DNA of 64,000 nt from Tetramitus jugosus (lineage: Eukaryota > Protista > Heterolobosea). The stretch covers positions 372,001 to 436,000 of the forward strand of contig OW569346.1 in NCBI GenBank assembly GCA_937625935.1, read 5' to 3'. The stretch's first letter is position 1. Every line of letters starts with the position of its first letter. The notes under the pieces are model-generated. The model did not search any database and had not been told where the DNA came from. It was given only the letters and a program-made list of their open reading frames with translations. Position numbers and translations under genes: made by a program. This document shows, piece after piece, positions 45,055-54,951 of this stretch.

Positions 45055-46224
45055 ATGCAAAGAAAAAGAACTCGTTCCCACCCACAAAAGTACAAGAAGC
45101 ACAAGACCAACACTGTTGACTTTTTTGTCTTGAGAGAAGCATTGAGAGATCAAGAGCAGCCTGCTGCATTTGAAAAGCCACTGGTTTCTGTCGACTTGGA
45201 CAAGTTGGTCAAGCCAGACGACAAGTTTGGCAAAGATGTTTTTGATCAATTGATGGACATGGCAAGGAGTGGAAAAAAGTTTGTTGATTTTAGCAATACA
45301 CTGAATCTGAGCGAAAGAATGCGTGTTCATGCAATTGCAGAGCAATTTGGTGTCGAGCATTTCTCAAGAGGAAGCAATCCGTTTAGGTACATTTGTGCTC
45401 TGCCAAGAAGTGGACCACGTGACAACAATTTCCAATACTTTGGATACATTGGACTGTTTGGAAACATTGTTGACACAATTGCAAACAAGTACATTTCTGA
45501 TGCTGTTCCACAGGAGCACAGACTGAAGCGTATTAAGCGTGATGGTCCACCACATCACATTACATTGATGACAAGACCTGAGATTCAAACTGCATTGAAG
45601 AGCATGGAAGAAAAGTTCCCAGAATTGATGAAGCAGTCTGTTCCACAGGATGAAGGCGTAAGACCAAAGGAAGACGAGAGTGGACTAAAGACTGATTTGC
45701 AAAAGTTGCTCAAGCTTGTTTCAGAGCATGTCAAGGGCGATTTGGAGCCATTGGGACTGGGCAAGATTGAAGGAGCTGACGAAGATGCTGACAATGAGTG
45801 CTTCTTTGTGGTGTTGAACTGGCCAAGTGCCAGCAAGTTTAGAAACTTGTTGGGATTGGAGCCATACGACTTCCACATTACATTGGCATTCAAGAGTGGA
45901 GACATTCACAACAGCAGCCAGAGAAAGAACAAGAGTGCTTTGATGGACCCTCAGCAGGCGCCATTGGAAAAGCCACTCTACGTCGAAGAATTGGCCAAGA
46001 TGAGTCACTTTTTGTCTCATTTGAACGTTGACCCAAAACATGCTCATAGTTTTGTGAGCTTGGGTTGGGTGTGCCCTCAAGTGTTGGTCAAGAGTGAGTT
46101 GACCGCGTTGGACATGGGAGATGTTGGTCTGAGTGAGAACGACAAGCTCATCATTTCCAACTGGATGAAAGACGGAACAAACAACTTGAAAACTTGGCAA
46201 GAGTCATATGCTCAAGGCAAGTAA
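45055..46224 (+). CDS. R3H domain + 2H phosphoesterase, possible C-terminal SAM-like domain
   Basis: ERMRVHAIAEQFGVEHFSRG (R3H); two HxT motifs HHITL and DFHITLAF. Confidence 0.82.
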   Translation: MQRKRTRSHPQKYKKHKTNTVDFFVLREALRDQEQPAAFEKPLVSVDLDKLVKPDDKFGKDVFDQLMDMARSGKKFVDFSNTLNLSERMRVHAIAEQFGVEHFSRGSNPFRYICALPRSGPRDNNFQYFGYIGLFGNIVDTIANKYISDAVPQEHRLKRIKRDGPPHHITLMTRPEIQTALKSMEEKFPELMKQSVPQDEGVRPKEDESGLKTDLQKLLKLVSEHVKGDLEPLGLGKIEGADEDADNECFFVVLNWPSASKFRNLLGLEPYDFHITLAFKSGDIHNSSQRKNKSALMDPQQAPLEKPLYVEELAKMSHFLSHLNVDPKHAHSFVSLGWVCPQVLVKSELTALDMGDVGLSENDKLIISNWMKDGTNNLKTWQESYAQGK

Positions 46225-46559
46225 TTGGTCGCAAGAATGATTACTTGACTCATGGCTATCCTCAGCCCTATTTGTGAAATATATAATAACAAAAATAAAA
46301 AAAATGTGTGTAAACTCTGGTTGCTGTTGTTCTTGTCATTGGATACAGGGTGGAGATTTTGCTTCATTTTCTTGATGTCAAGCGTGTGTGTTGAATGACT
46401 TTTATTGTAGATTCCTCATGAGCTCAAAACCAGTTTCGATTCTTATTTCACGCCAGAAACGCAGTGTCCCATGAGCGCAGGTTCCGCAGTGGTGTTGATG
46501 AAGTCTCGTGCGAGAATTGAAGTGTGTCTTGGAAAACAAGCAAGCTAACCAACACGAAT

Positions 46560-47789
46560 ATGACTGCTCAGCCACCACAATTATACGTTGTCACAGGAGG
46601 AAATGGATTTCTTGGCTCTCATGTCGTGAATCAAATTTTGAACGCTGAGAAAAGACCCGCCAAAATTGCCATCTTTGATCTACAGGCCGACAATGTGTTT
46701 CTCAACTCAGCAGAAGATGATGGATCTGCAGGGTCGTTATGGAAGCAAAGAGAATCTAGCATTCAATTTTACAAGACAGATGTGACCAATCGAACTGAGT
46801 TGATGAACAACTTAAAGTCGTTCCTTGGTTCGGGCAATGCAACCGACCAACCAGAGCTAACAGTGTTTCACACGGCCAGTCTTGTGAGCTTATGGATCGA
46901 TTATCATGTGATCCATAGAGTCAACGTCACAGGAACAGAGATTTTAGTGGACAGCTTGTGCGAGTTATTGGACTCCAAGCTTGTAAACAAAGTAAAATTC
47001 ATCTACACGAGCTCCAACACGGTACAAATGGAGTTTGGTAGCTTCGAGAAGAGCCCAACTAGTGGTCATAGGGAAAGTTTTATCGATAGTGAAGATGGTT
47101 CAAGACAGTACACTTATCCTGAAAGTGCCTCATCGTCCTACATTGCTACAAAGAGGTTAGCTGAGAAGTACATTTTAAGCAAGAATGGATCTTGTCAAGG
47201 AAAGCTATTGACTTGCTCTGTAAGACCATCTGGTGTCATTTATGGGCCCGACTCCACAGTTCACAAGCAAATGGTTCTCTCGTACAAGAAGAATCATGTG
47301 AAAGTGGGTGGTGCTACAGATGATTTCAACATTTCTTATGTTGAGAATGTTGCTTATGCTCATGTCTTGTGCAGCCAGCATATGAACGATTCAAGTGACA
47401 AACCATGCGGTCGTGCATACTTTGTGGGAGACTCCAAGGGTCATTACTATAATTTCTTTGTGCCTCTTTATGAGAGTATTGGACTTAAGAATCCAAGTTT
47501 GTTGGATTATCGCATTTTGTTAATCTTAGGTTACATTGCATGTTTCGTTTGCATGTTAGTGAATCTTGTGCTGCCAAAGAAAATGGCATGGAGGCCATTT
47601 ACTGTACCTATTGAGATTGAAATGATCATCTACCCATTTTATTGTTCTCATCAGAGTGCCACAGAGGATTTCGGTTACAAGCCAATTGTCAGTGAAAAGG
47701 AAGCAATTCAAAGAACGGTTCAAAACTTTATTGCATGGAACAAGAAGTTAGAATCTGGTGTCGATACTAAGGATCGGAAAATACTTTGA
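46560..47789 (+). CDS. 3-beta-hydroxysteroid dehydrogenase/NSDHL-like extended SDR
   Basis: TGGNGFLG, VFHTAS, VNVTGT, YTSS, YIATK, YVENVAYAH. Confidence 0.88.
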   Translation: MTAQPPQLYVVTGGNGFLGSHVVNQILNAEKRPAKIAIFDLQADNVFLNSAEDDGSAGSLWKQRESSIQFYKTDVTNRTELMNNLKSFLGSGNATDQPELTVFHTASLVSLWIDYHVIHRVNVTGTEILVDSLCELLDSKLVNKVKFIYTSSNTVQMEFGSFEKSPTSGHRESFIDSEDGSRQYTYPESASSSYIATKRLAEKYILSKNGSCQGKLLTCSVRPSGVIYGPDSTVHKQMVLSYKKNHVKVGGATDDFNISYVENVAYAHVLCSQHMNDSSDKPCGRAYFVGDSKGHYYNFFVPLYESIGLKNPSLLDYRILLILGYIACFVCMLVNLVLPKKMAWRPFTVPIEIEMIIYPFYCSHQSATEDFGYKPIVSEKEAIQRTVQNFIAWNKKLESGVDTKDRKIL

Positions 47790-48045
47790 GAAGCTCCAAC
47801 TGTCCTTTCGATGAATGCCCAACTGAGTACGCGAGTACCCTTCAAATAAAATAATACTTTCCCTGATTTCTTGACTTCATCGTAGCGAGTGTGCTGTCTA
47901 GATCCGATGTTGTGGTGTTGTCACACTGTGGTTCGTCTGAACTATCCCCGAACAACCAGCCGCTACTTGACACCTGTCAAAAAAATCTGGCTGAAAAATC
48001 AAAAGAAGCCACCAACACAACAAAACAAAAAACACGCGAACAGAT

Positions 48046-50247
48046 ATGAGCTCAGATTTACCATCCATGTTGCCATCTCCCAATGAGCAACTCTACTTGG
48101 ATCTAATGAGAATGTACACCAAGAGTATCATGAGTGACGTTACGCTTATTGTTCACAATAGTAACAATTTCGATCATGCTGACACCAATAACAACAATAA
48201 TCCACAACAGCAGCAACAGCAGCAGGCAGAGTCATCATCTGTTTCTTTTGCTTGTCATCGTTGTGTTTTGAGTGCGCGATGTGATTTTTTCTGTAAAATG
48301 TTCAATGGCGAAAATGAAAATGGCGCCAATTGGGCGGAGAGCGAGAGCGCTGTGGTTCACTTGACTGATATCGAGCCAGAGGACTTTAGAGTGTTGATCG
48401 AGTATTTCTATTCGGCAAAGATTAATGTGGATGCGAGCAATGCGTTTGGTGTGCTAAAGTTGGCAGATGAGTTTGGTGTTGAGCTCGTGAAACAGTATTG
48501 TGTACAATATGTGAAGAACTTGGTGACTCATGAGAATGTGTTTGATGTGCTAGAGCAGTCCATGTATCATAATTTTGAAGAATTGTATCAATTTTGTCTT
48601 TCGCATGTCGCTGTCCATGCAAAGCAGTTGTTCATGGATGGAGATCCTTCTCATTTTTGTCGCATGGACAAGATGGCAATGATGGAGGTGCTCAGGGATG
48701 ATCGTATCATGGCGCCAGAGATTGTATTGTTCTTGTCTGTGATCCAATGGGGAAAGTATCAAGTCAAATTGGCCAACAATAATCGAATTACGATGGGAGA
48801 CAACTATCAGAACAACAGGAAGAAGAAACAAGAGCTTTCAAAGAGATTAGTGCTAAGAAAGAAGCAAAGACCAACGCAGGAGATATCGATGGATTCATTG
48901 AGCGGCATGCCAACAATTTCCACATCTTCACCATGGACAGAAGGTTCAGGCTCAGTGTCTATTGGTGTAGATCGTGCGCAATATCGAGATGTAGCCCAAT
49001 TACCAATTGTGAGGAGGAGTGAATATGAGCCAATAGCGAACGGTGATTTCGACAATAGAAATGATAATAGTAACGGTAGGAGCAATCAACAGTTTGCTGA
49101 TGCAAGTAGCGGAGGGAGACAATCTCAAACTGCATCTTCAAGTCATGGAACATCGCAAATGGAGAGAGCATTGTCACCATCTGAGTTACATGTGACAACT
49201 ATTTTGAGTCGTTCACCAGCCAGCAATTCTAGATCCTCTAAGAAATCACGACGTAGGGCTCAGAGCGACATTAATGATCCTCATATACTGAGTATATCAG
49301 AGGCGAGTGAGTTTGACCACACAGCATCTGAGATGACAGACTTGAGCATCTATGATGAAGAAGAAGGAGACTTATCACCGCGAGATTCATTAACCACTGA
49401 AGATAACGGAGGTTGGGCGCCAGTGGACAGCGCTTGTCCGAGACATCTATCTAATCTACTGAACTTGACGATCATGAGTTCCTCCAGTATTATTGAGCCA
49501 TTGTCTCACTCATCTTTGCCGACAGCGTTCCATCCACCTGATATGTCACAAATCAAGAAAACATATAGTCAAATCATCGATTATGTTCAAGACAAATCAT
49601 TTGTCAAGCAATTGAGTGTAGTGGTGGCTGACTTGATGGATCTTGTTCGGTTCCCTACATTGGATCCGCATGAACTCTATGAATATGTTGAACCTAGTCT
49701 TGTTGTGCCTAAGATGATGCTTCTAGAAGCATACAGAGCTCATGCACTCTCCAATCGAATACACTCTCCTAGCAAGTCTCCCAGAGCAAAGGTGAGAGAT
49801 GGAAGTCTATTTTATAGGCCTGGTGTCCTAGAAAACGTACCAATCAAAATACTCAAGGGTTGGACCTGTATTTATCAACAGCCATATTCTCATGCCACCA
49901 CTGCTTCCATCTTTGAGCCTGCTACGAGTGGAACCAGAATAATGCTGGCAGCAAGACACAAGAATAGTAGTAGATTGGCACTTTGCGCAATGGGAAGGGT
50001 CTCTGTGGTACTGAGAGAAACGAAGGAGAATGAAACTACATATGAGAATGGTGTTTACTTTTACAATTGGAAGGGTCGTTCAGTCGGTTTCAGTGCTGAC
50101 AGTAACATTAATCTGGGAACAGCAGATTTGTCGAGCGGCTTGGAAAAGCTATCGTGGCATTTGACAGGACGTGGAGGTTACAGATGTGGAGAGTTGACCA
50201 AGTTGAACGACAGCACAGAATGGGAGAAGCTCGTGTTCTTCAGCTAA
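48046..50247 (+). CDS. BTB/BACK protein with an uncharacterised aromatic C-terminal domain
   Basis: SDVTL...CHRCVLSARCDFF; EIVLFLSVIQW; LVRFPTL; C-terminal SWHL..GGYRCG. Confidence 0.85.
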   Translation: MSSDLPSMLPSPNEQLYLDLMRMYTKSIMSDVTLIVHNSNNFDHADTNNNNNPQQQQQQQAESSSVSFACHRCVLSARCDFFCKMFNGENENGANWAESESAVVHLTDIEPEDFRVLIEYFYSAKINVDASNAFGVLKLADEFGVELVKQYCVQYVKNLVTHENVFDVLEQSMYHNFEELYQFCLSHVAVHAKQLFMDGDPSHFCRMDKMAMMEVLRDDRIMAPEIVLFLSVIQWGKYQVKLANNNRITMGDNYQNNRKKKQELSKRLVLRKKQRPTQEISMDSLSGMPTISTSSPWTEGSGSVSIGVDRAQYRDVAQLPIVRRSEYEPIANGDFDNRNDNSNGRSNQQFADASSGGRQSQTASSSHGTSQMERALSPSELHVTTILSRSPASNSRSSKKSRRRAQSDINDPHILSISEASEFDHTASEMTDLSIYDEEEGDLSPRDSLTTEDNGGWAPVDSACPRHLSNLLNLTIMSSSSIIEPLSHSSLPTAFHPPDMSQIKKTYSQIIDYVQDKSFVKQLSVVVADLMDLVRFPTLDPHELYEYVEPSLVVPKMMLLEAYRAHALSNRIHSPSKSPRAKVRDGSLFYRPGVLENVPIKILKGWTCIYQQPYSHATTASIFEPATSGTRIMLAARHKNSSRLALCAMGRVSVVLRETKENETTYENGVYFYNWKGRSVGFSADSNINLGTADLSSGLEKLSWHLTGRGGYRCGELTKLNDSTEWEKLVFFS

Positions 50248-50263
50248 ACGGTTTTGCAATAAA

Positions 50264-50336
50264 AGGCTCCTACGAGACTCGAACTCGTGACCTCTGTCTT
50301 ACTAGGACAGCGCACTGCCACCTGTGCTAAGGAGCC
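50264..50336 (-). tRNA. tRNA-Thr(AGT)
   Basis: GGCTCCTTAGCACAGGTGGCAGTGCGCTGTCCTAGTAAGACAGAGGTCACGAGTTCGAGTCTCGTAGGAGCCT folds as a cloverleaf, followed by a T-run. Confidence 0.97.
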
Positions 50337-50391
50337 GTTGTATTCAGTTTCTCCTTATATTTTCCTAAAGTCAATCTAAAAAATTTCGTTT

Positions 50392-50714
50392 CAATAAGCG
50401 GAGGAAAACAAGCAAGGAATACATGCTTGGCATGTTGGGTATTGAAACAAGGGCGCTGAAACAAGTGATCAAAGGACTGACGAAGAGTGGGATGGAGAAG
50501 AAGAAGGCAATTGTGAAGGCCCAACAATTTGTCGATCATACAAAGAGGAGGTGTGGAGGTGATGCGACGCCTCTTCACGAGTTCAAAGGAGATTGCTGGT
50601 TGCTAATGCTCTACGAGCATTTGCAACTACTTAAATCAATAGTGACGGCATTCTGCCGTCACGAAACTGATACAGAGAATCAACAAAGAAGTAAAATACA
50701 ACCAAAAAAAAAAA
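50392..50714 (+). mobile_element. Short 3' fragment of a related non-LTR retrotransposon (copy C)
   Basis: KTSKEYMLGMLGIETRALKQVIKGLTKSG..AQQFVDHTKRRC aligns with copy A RTSREFLKGMMGIETNATEEVTNGLVATG..ARTFVNGVKRRC; poly(A) 50704-50714; TSD TA(A/C)AAAATTTCGTTT at 50377-50391 and 50715-50729. Confidence 0.9.
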
Positions 50715-50889
50715 TACAAAATTTCGTTTGATTGTATTCAAGTTTCGATGGTTGAGTATTTCGTGGATTTGCTCTTTCGATTCTTCGCTGCACGGTTAAC
50801 TCATGTCAAGTGTGAAACACAACCAATTTCCTGCTGGCGAACAAACAAACAAACAAAAAAAAACAAACAAACAAACAACATTTCACATC

Positions 50890-52353
50890 ATGATGATGAT
50901 GACGACACTGTCTCCTGCTGTCTGGATCGGTCTCAGTATCGCACTGGCCATCACCAACCTCGCTACCCTTGCTTACTACAATAAGAACAGTCATCCAACC
51001 AATGACGTCATTCACTCTCACACCAACCATTCCGACAATCATATGAATACTACGACAAATACTACGACAACGACAACAACGACAACAAATACTAATACAA
51101 ACAATGATGATGATTCAGACAAAAAGCAAAAACACCAAAAGAACAACACTAGCCATGATGATAATGAAAATGCAATGAAAAAGGATTACGTTCCTCAATG
51201 GATGATCACTCGGAAGGACAACAACAAGAATGCGAGTGACTCGTTTCGCATCAAGTACACATTTGATGAACAAGTGTCTTTGCAATGCAAATTTCAAGTC
51301 ATTTGTCAAGATGCCATCCAATGGCTTCAACAATGTGTGACGACTCCTACTACTATTACTCCTACTACCTCTCATACTGATACTAGTCCTGATACGACTA
51401 CTACTACTACGACGTATACGAATGATGCAGTTGATAATGGTGATGAGAGTAATACTAATAATAGTAGTGACGATGATCGTATGATTTGGAAGGAGGGTTC
51501 ATTTGTGGTGACATCATTGCCCGATTACAGTGAAATTGGAATGAATGTGGAAGAGTGGAAAATTTGGTTCACGAATGCTGTGTCTCTCATTTTGGAGAAA
51601 CTTCCCGAGGGCTCCTGCGCCATCTTTTACCAAACAGATGTAAAGTTGTTGACTAAAAAGGTTTTCATGGAGGAAAAGACTTGGAAGAAGCAAAAGAAGA
51701 ACAATACCGACAACAGGAAAGGTAGTGATGAGTTGGGCTCGCAAGAGACACGAGGAGAGAATTCAAATGCGTCGTTAACTACACGAACGGAAGAAGAAGG
51801 AGAAGCAGGTAGTGTCGATGCAAACGTTGGAAACAACAAGGAAAAGTCTTATCAAAAACCAGTGACTCGATCCCTTTGTACAGAGTGGATCGATAAGAGT
51901 CGGTTGTGTTTCTTGGGTGCAGAAAAGGTGCCCAACGTGAAGGTGCTTTGGCATAAGATGATGCTTCGTGCTCCAGTGGGAACTGTTCTTATGGGACATC
52001 CTGGATACAGTCATATGATTTGCTTTGGAAAAGGCAACAATGTTTCTGATAATATTAGCCGAAGGCCATTGCCTGATATTTTGGATCGTGGTGATATGCT
52101 ATACCCGAAGGCGATGGGTATCAATGCTTGTATGCTTGCAATGATATTTTGTAAAGAAGCTGGAGCGACGACGATTATTGATCCGTTCTGTGGTAAGGGA
52201 TCTGTGCTATTGGCTGCGAATTATGTTGGGTTGGATGCGATTGGTGTCGATATTAGTGCCACTCGGTGTCGCAATGCAAAGAGTATGAGACACAACAGCA
52301 TGAAGGATTTTGTGAAGTGTGTTCAGACACGTTCATTTATGCGTCTTCAATGA
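50890..52353 (+). CDS. SAM-dependent methyltransferase resembling the N4/N6 DNA methylase fold, with an N-terminal TM anchor
   Basis: CQDAIQWL, VVTSLPDYSE, C-terminal IIDPFCGKGSVL...AIGVDIS. Confidence 0.72.
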   Translation: MMMMTTLSPAVWIGLSIALAITNLATLAYYNKNSHPTNDVIHSHTNHSDNHMNTTTNTTTTTTTTTNTNTNNDDDSDKKQKHQKNNTSHDDNENAMKKDYVPQWMITRKDNNKNASDSFRIKYTFDEQVSLQCKFQVICQDAIQWLQQCVTTPTTITPTTSHTDTSPDTTTTTTTYTNDAVDNGDESNTNNSSDDDRMIWKEGSFVVTSLPDYSEIGMNVEEWKIWFTNAVSLILEKLPEGSCAIFYQTDVKLLTKKVFMEEKTWKKQKKNNTDNRKGSDELGSQETRGENSNASLTTRTEEEGEAGSVDANVGNNKEKSYQKPVTRSLCTEWIDKSRLCFLGAEKVPNVKVLWHKMMLRAPVGTVLMGHPGYSHMICFGKGNNVSDNISRRPLPDILDRGDMLYPKAMGINACMLAMIFCKEAGATTIIDPFCGKGSVLLAANYVGLDAIGVDISATRCRNAKSMRHNSMKDFVKCVQTRSFMRLQ

Positions 52354-52384
52354 AAACTTGATTTTGATACACTGAACCTTGCAT

Positions 52385-53998
52385 TTAATTCGCTAATTGT
52401 TCGCTCAATGCCCGATGATACTTCTCTAGTAGTTCTAATCGTTTCACTTCTCGTTGAGCTCCATAATTATCAGGATGTAGGTTCTTGAAGGGAGTGGGAA
52501 TAGTGTATTTCAGTTTTGGATCAGGCCGAGTTATCCTGGGTCGAAACACTTTCTCTTCCCGGTCTTTCTTTTCCTCCTCTATTTTCTTTGCTCTCTCACT
52601 CCTCTCCAAATGTTTGCTCAAGCCTCTTATAACTATGGGCCCTGATTTCGTAGGGGTCGCTCTCCTGGAGGATTTGTTCGTGGTTGGATTAAATGTACAT
52701 TCCTTCAATTCCTTCTCTTGTAACTCTTTCTTCACAATTTCCAATTTTTGTTCACGCTTCTCGTGATACTTTTCAATGTTATCTGTTGTAATTTCGGGAC
52801 TCGTTGGGTCTATGAGCTTATACTTGCGAGATTGTTCGATTGAATTCGCGACTAATGTAGGCTTAAATGTATGCTCCTTATGCCAAGCTCGCTCGCATAC
52901 ATCTGTTACATACTGTTTAACTACTTTGTTCCGGTCGTTCTTTACCAGCTCCTCTGGATCTGTCGCTTGTCCTATTTGCTTCGAGATGGGATTCAACTGC
53001 GGCTGAAATACAAATTGTTCATAGTATTCATCTCTGACAATTTGTTGCTTCTTCTCTCTCTTCTCTGAATCAACCCGGGATAAACGCTCAAATCTCTCTT
53101 CCTCTGTCTCTGCTCCCCGAAATATTGTATGAAGAACTTCAGATGTTTTGTTTATCCTTGGTTGGAACAATGTGTTCAAGTATCTGTTTTCTTTATCATG
53201 CATCTGCTGCTTATCATTTTGCTCCTTGATTTTGAAGAGCTTTTGTCTCTCAAAGAATGATGCCGCTATTAAGTCAGAATTCAACAAAATTTTCTCAGTA
53301 TTCGGATTGACATGAGGTTGGAAGGTGCATTCTTCGAACTTATCATGTAGCTGATTCTCTGTTTGTCGTTTCAGTCGTTTTTGGTTCTCCGAATACCTCG
53401 CTCTCTCATAAATATTGAACTTATCTTTCTGGTTCTTTGCAATTCTCTGGGATTCCTCCGATATTTGAGGATGGAAGGTGAGATCGACATCTAATTCTTG
53501 ATGTTTCTTCTCCAACTGTTTCAATCTCTCTTGTTTTTCCTTCAATAGGAGCATTGCTTTCTCTTCAGGTTTTAAATACTTGTCCTCATTGATAAAACGT
53601 GATGCTCTCGTCTTCGGAACAAAAGCGTACTTCGATTTCTCTTCTTCCTCTTTCTTCCTTCTTTTTGCTTCTCGTCGCTTCTCCCTTTCGACAGCTTCCA
53701 GTGCTAACCGTTCAAACAGCTCATTAGATATCTCAGACTCCGGAGATGAAGAATTTTTCTGACGGGTCGATGGATGAAACGAACATGCTTTAATTTCTTC
53801 TCTCTCTTTCCTCAACTTTTCCTGTTCTCTTCTGTTATACTCTTTCCTCTTGTTCCTAGCTAACTCTGTCAACCGATGCTCCTTATGATAATCCGAACTG
53901 CAAGCACTTCTCGTAGCTGGGGTAGTTGTGATCGTAGCTCTAATCGTAGCTCTCGGATGATATCTCCCTAATTCATTCTCCAACAAGTCGCTATTCAT
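52385..53998 (-). CDS. Coiled-coil protein with repeated (C/L)TF.P motifs, possibly cytoskeletal or flagellar
   Basis: ACSFHP, LTFHPQI, ECTFQPHVN, FVFQPQLN, HTFKP, ECTFNP repeats. Confidence 0.65.
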   Translation of the reverse strand: MNSDLLENELGRYHPRATIRATITTTPATRSACSSDYHKEHRLTELARNKRKEYNRREQEKLRKEREEIKACSFHPSTRQKNSSSPESEISNELFERLALEAVEREKRREAKRRKKEEEEKSKYAFVPKTRASRFINEDKYLKPEEKAMLLLKEKQERLKQLEKKHQELDVDLTFHPQISEESQRIAKNQKDKFNIYERARYSENQKRLKRQTENQLHDKFEECTFQPHVNPNTEKILLNSDLIAASFFERQKLFKIKEQNDKQQMHDKENRYLNTLFQPRINKTSEVLHTIFRGAETEEERFERLSRVDSEKREKKQQIVRDEYYEQFVFQPQLNPISKQIGQATDPEELVKNDRNKVVKQYVTDVCERAWHKEHTFKPTLVANSIEQSRKYKLIDPTSPEITTDNIEKYHEKREQKLEIVKKELQEKELKECTFNPTTNKSSRRATPTKSGPIVIRGLSKHLERSERAKKIEEEKKDREEKVFRPRITRPDPKLKYTIPTPFKNLHPDNYGAQREVKRLELLEKYHRALSEQLAN

Positions 53999-54177
53999 TG
54001 TGAAATAACTCGTGTAAGTTCTGTTCAGCTTTTGGAGGGAAATTATGGCGCGAAGTGGAAAGTCAAAAGCAGCGGGATGAAACAAAAGTGAAGATTAGTC
54101 CGGTTTGAGGCACTAAATTGTTCTATAAGAGACAGTGAGAGTCATTTTGTCCATTGAAGCAACACCAACTTGTTGAT

Positions 54178-54876
54178 TCACGAAGGAACAACCTTCAATT
54201 GATTGATAGTTATAATACAGTTACCCTTGATAAACATTTGTCGCACGAATTTTGTTCTAGGGACGTAGACCTTCACAGATCTTTTCCTATTCCTGAATTT
54301 GTGTTCTGCTTTGTCTGATATGTGTTTCTGTTTTCTGTACTGGATTTCCAACTCGGAATACTCGTGGGTCACATCTTTGAGCATGACGTTCAGGTGCTTA
54401 TCAAATGCTATTAACTCACCCGTACAGATGTCTCTTGGAGCTCCGTTTTCAATTTGCTTTTGGGTACTAGTCATCCATACTCGTATCCGGCGTGCATCGT
54501 CACCACACGGCAACGCCATGCATTGGGACAAAAGCTGGAGGGGTCCCTTGCCATATTTCTGCTTGAGTCGATTCTCATATTCAATTCTCATGACTTCTCG
54601 TTCTCTAGCTGATTCATCTTCTCTGTTTGCTACCTGCTGTGCCGCGGTTGTAGTTGGCCGGTCAACCGAGCGCTTCTCCGCTTTGCTCCTTGTTTTTTTC
54701 TTTTTCTGGCTTCTTGAAAGCGAAGGCAACACAGCAGCGGGATCATTCAACAAGATTTCACAATGGATCAGTGAATCAAGTGGCTGTGCATTCTTGACCG
54801 GTGGTGTGCACGATGGATCGTTCAAAGCTTTGCTGGGACTGAAGAACTGGCCAGAGAAATCCAATTCGTTATTCAT
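54178..54876 (-). CDS. LSM11: LSM11-like Sm-fold protein
   Basis: N-terminal LDFSGQFFSPSKAL, GPLQLL, Sm1 GELIAFDKHLNVMLKDV, long insert, Sm2 RQMFIKGNCII. Confidence 0.7.
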   Translation of the reverse strand: MNNELDFSGQFFSPSKALNDPSCTPPVKNAQPLDSLIHCEILLNDPAAVLPSLSRSQKKKKTRSKAEKRSVDRPTTTAAQQVANREDESAREREVMRIEYENRLKQKYGKGPLQLLSQCMALPCGDDARRIRVWMTSTQKQIENGAPRDICTGELIAFDKHLNVMLKDVTHEYSELEIQYRKQKHISDKAEHKFRNRKRSVKVYVPRTKFVRQMFIKGNCIITINQLKVVPS

Positions 54877-54951
54877 CTTCAACAAATGTTGTTTTTTAGG
54901 TTCCAAGGCGGCACAATTCTTTTGATTGTCGTTTTTTTACAGAAACACAAC

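Noticed and set aside
46490-46525. Hammerhead-like TTGATGA-hairpin-GAAG
   Set aside because: The core deviates from CUGAUGA/GAAA and stems I and III are not evident.
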